A stretch of 64,000 nt of DNA, taken from contig NC_092672.1 in NCBI RefSeq assembly GCF_964355755.1, positions 17,559,237-17,623,236 of the forward strand, read 5' to 3'. Positions 26,628-40,553 of this stretch are shown here, in pieces (the stretch's first letter is position 1; each line of letters begins with the position of its first letter). This DNA is from Antedon mediterranea. Lineage: Eukaryota > Animalia > Echinodermata. The position numbers and the translations under genes were made by a program. The notes beneath the pieces were generated by a model. That model had not been told where the DNA came from. It saw only the letters and a list, made by a program, of their open reading frames with translations, and ran no database searches.

Positions 26628-27578
26628 CTTAAAATAAAAAGGAAAAATGTTAAATAAATGTTTAACTAGATTTAATTCGTAACTACGACGTATTGTAGGT
26701 TATATCCATTAATTTAAATAAAGATAAATGATTTTTAAAAGATATTATATTGATTGATTGATTTTGTCAGAATCTATAATTATTTTTTAATATGAACGAT
26801 ACGATCTTGCTAGTGCAAATACAATAGCCGGTATCACAATCCAATCAAAGATCTTTCCGCTAAATCATACTGTCAAATTTTAAAAACAGTGCTCATATTG
26901 GGAACATGATCTCATAATCACATCGAGCATAGCTCATTGGCAAAAGTTCCGTATTTTTTTGTTGTATGAATGTTAAAATAAACACAGTTTAAAACGTTGT
27001 TAACAACCAAACGGTCACGTGCCTAATATATTGTTTACTACACATGCTCAACAACCTTTAACCTTGTTGGCTATGCTTTCGCGGTCGTATCTTGGTGGCA
27101 TGATTAATATTCCATATTTTTAGCGCTAGCTGCTATGGCGATGAACAAACTTTATGCGACGAATTTAATATAACTTTTCTGAATTCAAATTAAACGATCT
27201 CCCAGAAATATTACAAGATTAATAATAAATGTAATTACAAGAATAAATACAAATTGTTTGTAAATTGTAGTACCCTTTGTGTTTAAAAAACATTAATTTT
27301 GCCATGACATTACCACTAGCCAATCACCAGGCACTACAATTAAATATAATCACATTGATAATTAAGGAGATTTATGAAGAAACCACTGCTTAGCCATAAC
27401 ATAAGCATTTTGCTTATCCATAACCCAATCTCTCTCAGATTTAATATTTTTTGCTCAATCAATTATCTTTCGTAATAATAACATCTTTGTATGTGTACAT
27501 TTTCTTACATGCCGTTTGTTGTGCGGATAACTAACTCGTCAAAGTGACGAGTTCAAATCTAGTTATCTTGTATTTAAT

Positions 27579-28101
27579 AGGGAGTTTTCGCAACCTTACG
27601 AATACGATAACGAAAACGGATACGTCACACATTCGTAAAACTTTTGAGCTGATCCCCATTTCATATTCGTAAAGCGTATTCATGTTGACGAATATCACCA
27701 GTCATATTCGTAACTACAAAACGAGTATAGTTTTTGATCTATTTTGCACATTTTGCATTTGAATCAGGAATGATTCATGGTTATAATATAATTATACTTT
27801 TATTGAAAGTAATTTACTATAAAGTAATTTACTATAAAGTAATTTACTAAAATGCCAGGTCAATTTTGATAAATAGCAGTTTTTAAAGTTCTCACTCGCT
27901 TTGATGTTACGATAGCTGGCCTAGGCAGCCAAGCACCAAGCAACACGTACCTACGCTTCGCTCAAATTTACCGCAGTCATATGGTGCCCTCAATATTTCG
28001 TTGCCATGCGAAACAGATTTTTACTGGCTTACGAAAAACGAATACATGTGCGTGACGTATCCGTTTTCCTTATCGTATTCGTAAGGTTGCGAAAACTCCC
28101 T
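27579..28101. mobile_element. PIF/Harbinger-like MITE, copy 1
   Basis: About 50-bp TIR agggagttttcgcaaccttacgaatacgataa.gaaaacggatacgtcac; AAT on both flanks. Confidence 0.85.
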
Positions 28102-28325
28102 AATAATAAAAAATAACTTTTCTGCAATTAGTATTATGAAAATATTTATGTACGTTTTATTATGACGTCATAAATTGAGAATTTGTAAAATTGGGGTTCG
28201 TAATTGAGGGTTTTTACTGTACAACTATTTCTTTTACATTTCTATTGATGTATGGTATATACTGTACATTAGGAAGCAAATTAAAAATCTAAACTTGTCA
28301 TTTGAAAAAGAAAAATATAACTTAC

Positions 28326-28407
28326 AGGGTAAACTTTAAGTCTCCAACTCAGTCCGCATACATTAAGTGCATTACTGTATACAGGATCCGCTTTATGCTG
28401 TAGTGCA
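28326..28407 (-). CDS. TRIM37: TRIM37 MATH exon (ALQHKADPVYSNALNVCGLSWRLKVYP)
   Basis: TTTACAG acceptor and GTAAGT donor; 82 bp; WRLKVYP MATH motif. Confidence 0.96.
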
Positions 28408-28503
28408 CTGTAAATCATTAAAAACAAATATTGAGTTATAACTTATAATTACAATTATTGTTTATTAGATGGTTCTCAAATACATTTTTAGAATCTCTAT
28501 TAA

Positions 28504-29211
28504 CACTTTGAATGCCAAACACAGAGATCTCTGTGTTTAGAATCCTAACACTTTAATGCAAATATGTTTTTTTACTAAATCCGGTGGATAAGTTACCGTA
28601 ATTATTGGTATACTACAAATGTTGACACTGTATTCGGTCTGGACAGAAAATATTTTACTATTTGAAAGTAAATAATCTGGTTACGAACGACTGTCAAAAA
28701 CAATACCTGTCGAAACATCAACATACCCCACATAGAGCGATGGTTTGGAGGCGCATTGTGTATCGGCTGAATAAAAAGATAATGGTGCTATTTTGAATAT
28801 GAACAAATTTTGAATTAAATGATTCCGGATCAACTTTAGGAATGGCTAGGCCTGGTGTCTTTACTATGTGGATTTTTGACCTAAGATTTATGATTTATAA
28901 AATTTGTTGGTAAGTATGTTTACTCAGTTTGTTGACCTAACCGGGCGATATTTTCATATTGTGATGTCTTGCACAAAATCGCGAATATCTTGACTTTCTT
29001 GTGGGAAACTACAAAAGACTAAAAAAGTGGGTTAATTTTACTGTTACGATTTATATATTGTGATTTGAAAAACGTTCTTGGTACCAATGTAAAGTTAAAA
29101 TCTTATCTTAATTTTATTCTAAATTATATATCAATCAGATCACATACGTAGTTTTAATCAGCTTAGTAAAAACATTGAAATTCACTAAATATGCCTCTGC
29201 CAGTCAAAGTG
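28504..29211. mobile_element. piggyBac-like MITE
   Basis: TTAA-cactttga ... tcaaagtg-TTGA ends. Confidence 0.55.
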
Positions 29212-32200
29212 TTGATGGACACTGGGGATACTAACCAAAAAACTGAAATTGTCCATAATAGGACTTTTTGTGGAAAAAAAGAATAATGTATACCAAAGTA
29301 AACAATAAATGATCTGCACTCAAGAAATTGAAAAGAATTTAAAATTTAGCCACAGAGCAGATTTCAATTTTAGTATACAACCATTTAATTTGATGTACCT
29401 CATAACCCCTGGACGCCAGTATCTCCCTATACTCATCAACCTCCAATCCTCTTCAATACTCGGGTGACTTGTTACAAATAAATTCTTCCCAGTACAAATT
29501 TTAATTCAACAAGCTTCATAATTGAAATTAGCATGGGCATCATGGTTTAAGTACTTTGCACAATGTGTAAATGAATAGGTGTCATATTGGCTAATGATTA
29601 AAATATCTAATTGTGATACAGCTGAATTTCCCCATCCCAGCCACAATCAACAAACCTTAACTCCTGTAGTAACTTTTTCTAGTGCAATTCCATTTATGTT
29701 GTACTTCATTATCCCCAAATACCAGTATCTCCGCCCTTCCCCCTCCCAACACACCCTGTACTGGATGATGTGTTTAAGACGTTTAAAACTCCCAACCCCT
29801 TTCCAGAGATAATTAAAATTCTGTTAAAATTTCCGACTCACAATTCTGGTCAATTTGATAGCCCATCAAAACTGAGAGAAAGTGGGGCATTTTGACCACA
29901 TTTTGGCACCTAACTTGGATCCAAGATGACGGATAATGTTCAACTATAGTTTAGAAACTTCTCGGTATACCCCATATGTATAGATGTTTGTTGGCGGGCA
30001 CTGATTTATCACGCCTGAGGGAAATTGGCACTTGGAATAGAGGTTTTACAAAGTAAAATAGTATTTTGAATAACTCTTTGAACAGTTTACCATTATGATG
30101 TTGTGATGGAGTTATGTACCGAGATTCAGCAATTAAAAACAATGATTGTAAACAGAGATAGCCCGCAGCGAAGCATCCTTGTACAGTATTATGTGTGCAG
30201 TATGTTTCAGCATCAACAACATACGATGTGTACTACATTCGGACAAAAACACCTATTCGGGGTAAATCATTTAACCAATAATCAATAATTTATTATCTAA
30301 CTAAACTTAATCAGTATACTGGTTCTAAGAGTGTAAGAATTTGTTTACAATACATTTGTATTAATTGGTTTTAGATCTTTGGGTTGCCGATTTTGTTCAA
30401 TTGTATAGTCTACATTCTTTATGAAACCAAGTGAATATAAATTTTGAAATCTCTGGCATTCCTATAATAATTCAGGCCTTTTCTATATAACAATATTGTT
30501 GAAATAATTGTGTTTTTACCTTGATTACTCTACAAAGAACCCAGGGGGGGGGGGGGGGGTCACTTGTATATAAACCATTTATTAAATATTCAAATGACAT
30601 AGGCCTATAAATTTACATTGATTATATAAAATTCATATAGAAGTTAAAATCGTTGTGAGATGTGAGATTATTCGGAAAAACTTTATAGGTTCCTTCATAT
30701 GGAGACCCTTTCCTGTACATAATTATTTTTGATGTGGACTCTTCATACAATACCAAAGTGTTACAATCAATTTTGTTTATGCTCATTATGCAAATTGCTT
30801 AATGCTGACAGCCTTCAGAATTCTTCATTCTAATGGAATAAAAATCCATAACAAAAAAAATATCGCAAACATTGCGGAGTAATATGGAAAAAATAGACAT
30901 TTGGCTGCTGGACTAAACTATAATGTCTGTAGAGACTTTGTTTGGCTCACAAATGACTCGGATACAGGTTTCTAATAGCCAAGATAGGACTATTTAGTAA
31001 ATCTCAAAATCACACCTATATCACTCACCTCCAAAGTATGCAAATTATTAGTACAAGTTACATGAAATATGCAAATTAGGGGGTGAAACTACAGGTTCGT
31101 ATATATCGAAAACCACTAAGGCTAGAGAGTTGATTTTTTCAAAAACTTGTTCAGACTGTACATATTTATATTCTAATGAAACATTTTAAGAAAGAAAGAC
31201 TGGAAATGAAACATTTTAAGAAAGAAAGACTGGAAATACAACAATTAAGCATGACAAGAAAGCGCTAGGCCCCCTAAACATTCCATCAGGTGGTGAATTT
31301 CCGCATCTCCTATTGTCGCTATTTGTGTTTGTAACTCCCGCAAACCGTCATATAAATCTGATTACAGTATTTCTTCGTATCGTGTGTGTGATGAAGAGGA
31401 ACGCGACAGCAGCAACTGTTGCCGTGTGTTTCGAGGAATGGGTGAGTGCCTAGCCCTGGGCCTAGGCGGTAGGCCTACTAGTACTAGACTAGAGGAAGGC
31501 TTGGATGGGCAGGACTTAACGTCGAAGAAACCTAGTCTAGGCGGATCGTTTAGGCTAGGCTGTCTTTTCAATTCATTCATGGTAGTTTTTAACTTTTGTA
31601 GCCTAGCTAGGCTAGGCCTGGTTAATTAATGTTAAGCCTACTAGCCTCTCTAGTAGAGGCTAGATCTATCTATATAGCCTATAGGGCCTAGCCTAGGCCT
31701 AGGCCTAGCTACGCCTATACTATAGTGTAGCCCTACTAGCTAGAAATAGAAGAGTGTAGCAGTAGGCTAGTAGTAAGCCTAGATAGTAAAATAGGCCTGG
31801 CCCTAGTAGTAGCAGGTAGCCTACTATACATTACTACTACTACTCTAGTACTACTAGGCGGGATGAAGCAAGCAAGTAAATGCTAGCTAACATTCAATTA
31901 TTAATCAATGTTTAATACATGTACATTTTAATTTATAAATACATTTTTACAATGTAAAAAACTGTAAAAATACTGATTACTAAAAAGTTTAACAATATTA
32001 ATATTTATTTTAACTTGTTTCTTGAAAGAAAAATGTATATAAGTTAAATTTTAATATTAATGTACTAGATACTATATCTATTTATATCATAGAAGATTAA
32101 TGTGACCATTGTAGCATCTCTTTTACTGTAAATAGTGTTATAACTACCTACTACTAGACCTATAAAATAGATTGTGAAGTAATTATTGGTCGTGTTGTAT

Positions 32201-32867
32201 TTAAAAAAAAAAAAAATTAATTATGGTATAATTAATATTCATATCATCATCATACTGGTCAGAACAAGTGCATAGGTGTGTTATTTGTATACATGTTGCA
32301 GACTTCTATATAGAATATTTTATGATTTTTTTTCTTTTTACCATAGGGTAATAAAAATCTGCTGTACCAAAACACTTTCCTGACCTTGATTGGACTTGCA
32401 GTTGATAATGCCGTAAGGACTTGTGATTTTACCCAAGAAATTTAAATACATTTTCAGGTAAATGGATTTATAATATCAAAATGTCCTACAATAAAACCTG
32501 GTGAATAAGAATGTTTAGTTTTATTTATATGATATTAAGAGAAACTGTGGCTGATATAATACTTTTGTTTTTTGGTGCTCAATCTAGTTCCTGGTTGACA
32601 TTTAATATTTGTTTGTTCTTTTTAGAGTGTATGGTAGCTGAATTATTTTGTCTTCCATAGCTTGTTGGCTCCTTAACAAACTGCAGCATCTGTTAAAACA
32701 AATTTGCAAAGATACAAAAATATCAAGGTGCAAGATGTTGTATATTTGTCTGTTACTCTACAGTATTATTTAATCGGGTCAATTTATGTACAGTATCTTT
32801 TATTCACATATTATAAATATTAATATAACACACTATCAAGGAAAAATTATTATTATATATATTTTGG

Positions 32868-34500
32868 TTCCATGTGATGAACACTAATAATTTCATTTAA
32901 TAAAAATTAATTTAAAGGTACAGTTACGTAATTTATGTGATTTTTCTTGAGAGCGTGTTTTTTTAATTAAATAGCATTCAATTGCTAAAATAGACCTGAT
33001 TTTTTCTTTTTTGAGTTTACTTTAGTTCTATGTGATGAACACTAATAATTTAATTCAATAAAAATAAATTTAAAGGTACAGTTATGTAATTTATGTGATT
33101 TTTCTTGAGAGCGTGTTTTTTAATTAAACAGCATTCAATTGCTTAAATAGACCTGGTTTTTTCTTGTTTGAGTTTACTTTAGTTTTATGTGATGAACACT
33201 AATAATTTAATTCAATAAAAATAAATTTAAAGGTACAGTTACGTAATTTATGTGATTTTTCTTGAGAGCGTGTTTTTTAATTAAACAGCATTCAATTGCT
33301 TAAATAGACCTGGTTTTTTCTTGTTTGAGTTTACTTTAGTTCTATGTGATGAACACTAATAATTTAATTCAATAAAAATAAATTTAAAGGTACAGTTACG
33401 TAATTTATGTGATTTTTCTTGAGAGCGTGTTTATTTAATTAAACAGCATTCAATTGCTTAAATAGACCTGATTTTTTCTTGTTTGAGTTTACTTTAGTTC
33501 CATGTGATGAACACTAATAATTTCATTCAATCAAATAAAATTTAAAGGTACAGTTACGTAATTTATGTGATTTTTCTTGAGAGCGTGTTTTTTAATTAAA
33601 CAGCATTCAATTGCTTACATAGACCTGATTTTTTCTTTTTCGAGTTTACTTTAGTTCTATGTGATGAACACTAATAATTTAATTCAATAAAAATAAATTT
33701 AAAGGTACAGTTATGTAATTTATGTGATTTTTCTTGAGAGCGTGTTAATTAAACAGCATTCAATTGCTTAAATAGACCTGGTTTTTTCTTGTTTGAGTTT
33801 ACTTTAGTTCTATGTGATGAACACTAATAATTTAATTCAATAAAAATAAATTTAAAGGTACAGTTACGTAATTTATGTGATTTTTCTTGAGAGCGTGTTT
33901 TTTAATTAAACAGCATTAAATTGCTTAAATAGACCTGGTTTTTTCTTGTTTGAGTTTACTTTAGTTCTATGTGATGAACACTAATAATTTAATTCAATAA
34001 AAATAAATTTAAAGGTACAGTTACGTAGTTTCTGTGATTTTTCTTGAGAGCGTGTTTTTTAATTAAACAGCATTCAATTGCTAAAATAGACCTGATTTTT
34101 TCTTGTTTAAGTTTACTTTAGTTCCATGTGATGAACACTAATAATTTCATTCAATAAAATTTAATTTAAAGGTACAGTTACGTAATTTCTGTGATTTTCC
34201 TTGAGAGCGTGTTTATTTAATTAAACAGCATTCAATTGCTTAAATAGACCTGATTTTTTCTTGTTTGAGTTTACTTTAGTTCCATGTGATGAACACTAAT
34301 AATTTCATTCAATAAAAATAAATTTAAATGTACAGCATTCAATTGCTTAAATAGACTTGATTTTATCTTGTTTGACTTTACTTTAGTTCTATGTGATGAA
34401 CACTAATAAATTCATTCAATAAAAATAAATTTAAAGGTACAGTTATGCAATTTCTGTGATTTTTCCCTGAGAGCGTGTTTTTTTTAGTTAAATAACATTC
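32868..34500. repeat. Tandem array of about 157 bp, about 11 units
   Basis: atgtgatgaacactaataa recurs at about 32872, 33030, 33187, 33344, 33502 and onward to 34391. Confidence 0.97.
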
Positions 34501-37017
34501 AATTCAAATCCCCATTTTGTAACCACCATGAGTTCGGGTCCATTTAAACAAGCTGGGCAAGCTGTAAATTGTATTAATCCGCTATGTTTGTATGCATGCG
34601 TATTGTTTGTATTACATAATATGCAATAGTTTTGTAATTAATCGATACCATTAATTCCAACAAACAAATGGTAGGGCTACTTAAAATTATTTATGTGGTC
34701 CATAGTTACCAACCGTCTCGCATCGTTCGGGACGGTCCCGCATTTCAAGTGATTTTAATGAAACACGCGTTTAAACCTAAGTAGGCCTATATACGATGCG
34801 TTATCATTTTTTAACACAATTTGAGAGGAAAATGCATTCAAATTAATTGGTATATTTTAAAAGTATAGAACATTACACGAGTAGGCCTATTTATATTATT
34901 ACATCATGACACATCAATAAAATACGTAATATCAGGGAAAGTTACAATTACTGTGTCCGTGGTCGCTCGCCGTGACGAGGATGGGCCTATAACCACTTGA
35001 CGTTTGTCATGATCACAATTACACATGACATGATTTTGTGTGCGTTTATAAAAGGTAAACCCAATTTTCTTGCTATTGGTTGGTGGATCAGTTCAATTTT
35101 TACCCTCCAAAAAATGTTTTTTAATAAAATAAATTCATGAATCAGCATGAAAAACGTTGAATTAACAAAAAAAAGAGTAATATACAATCTAATAATATTT
35201 GCATCGTTTACCGCCGTACCGGAATACAAGAGGTGCCATTCATCATAAATTTTACGTGCGAGAGTAATATTTCCGGCCAGGAGTGCCAGTGAACTAAATT
35301 TGTTTCCGTCACAAGTCGCCACGAGGAGGTGGGGGCTGTAAATACTTTGTGTCCGATCACGCATTTTAAATCTCTCAGGTTGGTAAGTATGGTGGTCATC
35401 GTTAAATTGGCTGTTATTACAACAATTAAATACTTTTAAGTATTTAATTGTATGTATTAAAATAAGTACAACAAAACAAACTCGCTTTAAAAATAACAAA
35501 AATTGCATATTTAACTTGGGACTTTGTTTATGTTTAATTTTAGGTTTGTTATATTGGAACAAAATTAGAGCAATAAAAAGAGCATGTTAAAAAGATGAAT
35601 CTGTCATTGAGTAAGATGAAACTTAAATTGAATTAAAACCGATTTTCTTAATAATCATACTTAGAGATGCAAATCATCAAAATAATATTTATATGAAATT
35701 TAAACACTTTTATAGCCTATGCATGTACGCCTGTGCCATGGTATGCTTTAAAAAAATTATCTAGTATAGTATGACCCGTGCCGGGTATTTTCTTTTTAAT
35801 ACCGTCGATGGAAAATTGCCTTGATCATTTTGAATTTATATCTCCATATTTTGACCTCGTGTTATTTCTTGTATACGGCAATTGAAATAAAACCTTAAAT
35901 CATACTACAAAAATACACCGTAATTTATAAAGTAGAAATGTGAAAGAAAACACGAGAGAGAAAAGAAAACAAACTTTACAGTAGGTTTCTACAATATACA
36001 GCAAATAGTATCTATTGAATACAGTTAAAAATCCACGGAATAAAATATATAGAGGGCAGCAATCAGGAAATCGTTTGTATATACCTGCAGTTTTTCAATA
36101 TTTATTATAAATTTGACCGCAATTACCCACAGTAAAATGGAATAGCCCGTGCTATTCTTTAACGGCCATTTGTTCGTAAAATGTTTTATTAGAGCAAATA
36201 TATACATGGGACGACTGTAATTTCACCCATTATTTGCACATTTAACTTGTACTGCTATTTTACATACTTTTGAGGTGTGTAGGTATGACTTTGGGCATTA
36301 CAAAGTGGTCTCTGGATATTCGGAAACCTGTATCTGGGTCATTTGAGAGCAAAATAAAGTCTCTACAGATATTTAGTCACAAACATTGAGAAATGGGATC
36401 AAGGTTCAAAAGTTGTATTCCAGTCATTTGTTCGTAAAATGTTTTATTAGACCAAATATAAATATACATTCTGAATAAATCAGTGAAAAAATTAACTCTC
36501 TTGGACTAGTAGTTTTTAAGATATGGTAACCCTGTAATTTCACCTTAATTTGCATATCATCGGCATGAGTGACAGAAGTGTGATGCTCAAATTTTGATCT
36601 CATCATATGTGACCATTTTAAAAAGAAAAATCTCTGTTTGCAATTTGTTTCACTCAAAATGATAGATTTCCTAGCCTAAATATGTCTCATGTTTTATAAA
36701 CAATATACCATTAAACACAGTAAACAATTTGCGATTTAATACTTTGTTGAAACTGTCACTGTCATAGTAGATTCAAATAGTACATGTAACGATACACCAC
36801 TACAACGTTTATATTTTTTGTAATTATTAATTATAAACATTGAGAAGCAACTGTCAGTAATAAACTTTATTTGTATATGTTAATATTATCTAACAGTTAC
36901 CCACACAATAAGAAATTTGCTTCAAATGGCGACCAAAAATGGTTTATGAAACTTAGTATATTGTCAAAATTTGTTAAACACTACATAACTCTACAGTACT
37001 GCAATACTAAATCTACT

Positions 37018-40000
37018 ACTAGACATGTAACTCGTCACTTTGACGAGTTTGGTTATCCGCCGCGCAAGTGGTGAAACATGGACGTTTAACAACGTACCTT
37101 TTAACATTAAGAAATAGGTTGAGGACAAAAGGAAGTGTTCACGTTGGCATTATGACCTGAACTGAAGAATATGATATGTTGTTATTGCTGAATTCTATTA
37201 TTTCGATTCATATATAGTATACACAGCATAATCTGTATCCATATCACATACAGTGTAGAATAGGTGAAATTACGGAACCCGCTATTTATTGCAATTTTTA
37301 ACATGTTGACGGTTTTAAAATGAAACGCGAAGGTAGCAATTTCGGAAGGAAATTATCTCAGCAACAACATATTAACATCTAGAAGAAATTTGAATACGTG
37401 ACATAAATGCGCGCTCTTTTAAATGTAATGAATTATGACGCAAAAGATGAAAATACGACTTTTTTCATTTAACTGGCCATATGATGACGTCACAACATCC
37501 GATTGGCAAAATTTTCACATGATTTCGTATCTACAATCCAATAGCTTCCATAAAACGTTTTAATCGTGATTATCAAATTTTATTCTTACGAGCTATAACA
37601 GATTAAAATTTACTGTAAAGATTAAATTAATGCCACACGTAATTTAAATTTTTATGCATGATGACGTCATAAAAATTAAAATATTTTTCACTCATGCGAA
37701 AGATAGTTGATTGAACTAGACAATATAAAAATCGGGGTGAAAATGGAAAACGAATAAGTGGAGATGCGCTCTATTAAATGTGATGAGCTATGACGAAAGG
37801 ATACAAAAATCCTAAATTTTATATTCGCGTGGCCACACGATGACGCCACAATGTCCGGTTAGCCATATTAATACATGATCCGATATCTACAACTCATCAA
37901 CTTCCAGAAAATGTCATCCACAAAAAGTTGACCGTGCAGTTTAGAAATTACGACTGTTTAAAAAAAGGCATAATTTTGACGATTTTTTTAACTTTTTCAT
38001 CAAAAACACGCGGAAATTGGCCAATTCGACGTGCTCGTATGACATTACTTTAAGTCGAAATTGTTTAAAAGTTGGTAACATTACTAGAAAAGGCTGGAAA
38101 AACATAAATCACGCGGAAAAAATTTGTTTTTAATGCTACGTGCGCACCGCACACGTAAAAATTTGCGCACGCGTGGGGATTTTTTACATGCTTAAAACGA
38201 CATGAAACGCGTAGAAAGTTGATTAGAAATTAATTTTGCGCATTTTGAAATTTTAAATGCGCGTGCGCGCGTAACTTTGTGTAAAACACGCAATTTTTTT
38301 TCAACAGACAGTTAGCGCATGATATAAATTAAACTTTTGCAAAGTTTCACTTTAAAATGTTATTTGGTTTTTGACATATGTTAAATACGAGAAAATCGCG
38401 CGTACGTCGCGTTGCGCAATTGTAAACATCATGAAAAGCTTCGCTTGACGACGTTACATAAATGTCAAAATGTTAACATAGTTAACAAAATGTTATGTTT
38501 GCAAGTTTTAGAGAAAAGCGTTACACAAAAATCATACTGAAAGAAAGAAGATGACAAAAAAGATGACTAGACATGTAACTCGTCACTTTGACGAGTTTGG
38601 TTATCCGCCGCGCAAGTGGTGCAACATTAACATTAAGGGGATAGGTTGAGGACAAAAGGAAGTGTTCACGTTGGCATTATGACCTGAACTGAAGAATATG
38701 ATATGTTGTTATTGCTGAATTTTATCTATATATAAATTCATATATAGTATACACAGTATAATCTGTATCCATATCACATACAGTGTAGAATATGTGAACT
38801 TACGGGACCCGCTTTTTATTGCAATTTTTAACATGTTGACGGTTTTAAAATGAAACGGGAAGGTAGCAATTCCGAAAGGAAATTATCTCAGCAACAACGT
38901 ATTAGCGTGTAGAAGAAATTTGAATACGTGAAATATTGATGCGCGCTCTTTTAAATGTAATGAATTATGACGCAAAAGATGAAAATACGACCTTTTTTAT
39001 TTAACTGGCCATATGATGACGTCACAACATCCGATTGGCAACATTTTTACATAATTTCGTATCTACAATCCAATAGCTTCCAGAAAAAGTTTTAATCGTG
39101 ATTATCAAATTTTATTCTTACGAGCTATAACAGATTAAAATTTACTGTAAAGATGACATTGATGCCACACGTGATTGAAATTTTTAGGCATGATGACGTC
39201 AAAAAAATTAAAATATTTTTAACTCATGCGAAAGATAGTTGATTGACCTAGACAATATCAAAATCGGGGTGAAAATGGAAAACGGATAAGTGGAGATGCG
39301 CTCTATTCAATGTGATGAGCTATGACGAAAGATACAAAAATCCTAACTTTTATATTCGCGTGGCCATACGATGACGTCACAATGTCCGGTTAGCCATATT
39401 AATACCTGATCCGATATCTAAAACTCATCTACTTCCAGAATATGCCATCCACAAAAAGTTGACCGCCTAGTTTAGAAATTACGACTGTTTAAAAAAAAGG
39501 CATATTTTAAACGAATTTTTTAACCTTTTCATAAAAAACGCGCGCAAATTGTCCAATTCGACGTGCTCGTATGAGGTATCTTTAAGTTGAAATTGTTTAA
39601 AAGTTGGTAACATTACTAGAAAAGGCTGGAAAAACATAAATCACGCGGAAAAAATTTGTTTTTAATGCTACGTGCACACCGCACACGTAAAAATTTGCGC
39701 ACGCGTGGGAATTTTTTACATGCTTAAAACGACATGAAACGCGTAGAAAGTTGATTAGAAATTAATTTTGCGCATTTTGAAATTTTAAATGCGCGTGCGC
39801 GCGTAACTTTGTGTAAAACACGCAATTTTTTTTCAACAGACAGTTAGCGCATGATATAAATTAAACTTTTGCAAAGTTTCACTTTAAAATGTTATTTGGT
39901 TTTCGACATATGTTAAATACAAGAAAATCGTTAAATCGCGCGTACGTCGCGTTGCGCAATTGTAAACATCATGAAAAGCTTCGCTTGACGACGTTACATA

Positions 40001-40217
40001 AATGTCAAAATGTTAACATAGTTAACTAAATGTTATGTTTGCAAGTTTTAGAGAAAAGCGTTACACAAAAATCATACAGAAAGAAAGAAGATGACAAAAA
40101 AGATGATGATGATTTCGTACAATCACAAGAGGTTATCCTGCAACTTCGTTGCGGATAACCAATGATGATTTTGTACAATCACAAGAGGTTATCCTGCAAC
40201 TTCGTTGCGGATAACCA
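37018..40217 (-). mobile_element. Head-to-tail dimer of a 1.55-kb Helentron/HINE-like element
   Basis: Units begin actagacatgtaactcgtcactttgacgagtttggttatccgc at 37018 and 38566; terminal palindrome ggttatcctgcaacttcgttgcggataacc. Confidence 0.85.
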
Positions 40218-40553
40218 ATTATACCTAAAGGTTTTAAGTTTATCCACTAGGGCCCATAAATTTACCTACTTGTGTTATACCAAATACTTATACTGGGGAA
40301 CTGAGAGATTGGAATTTTTCATTTATCATCTCCAAGCAATCTTTTTGTATAAACCTATTATTAAATCTATCAAAATAGTATTTTTTAAAGAAACTCGGCT
40401 TGTCTTCAACATTATGATGTTGTACTCGAGCTGTTTATTGTTTTTGTTTGTATTTACTTAAAGGGGGGTTCCGGGTGTAAAATGAATAGTAAAAAATATA
40501 AAATATATTTGTTTGTCTCTTGAACGGTAAAAGTTTCAATTTATATAAGCGTC

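Noticed and set aside
34987-35562. 191-aa ORF
   Set aside because: No recognisable motif, AT-driven composition, inside repeat-like DNA.
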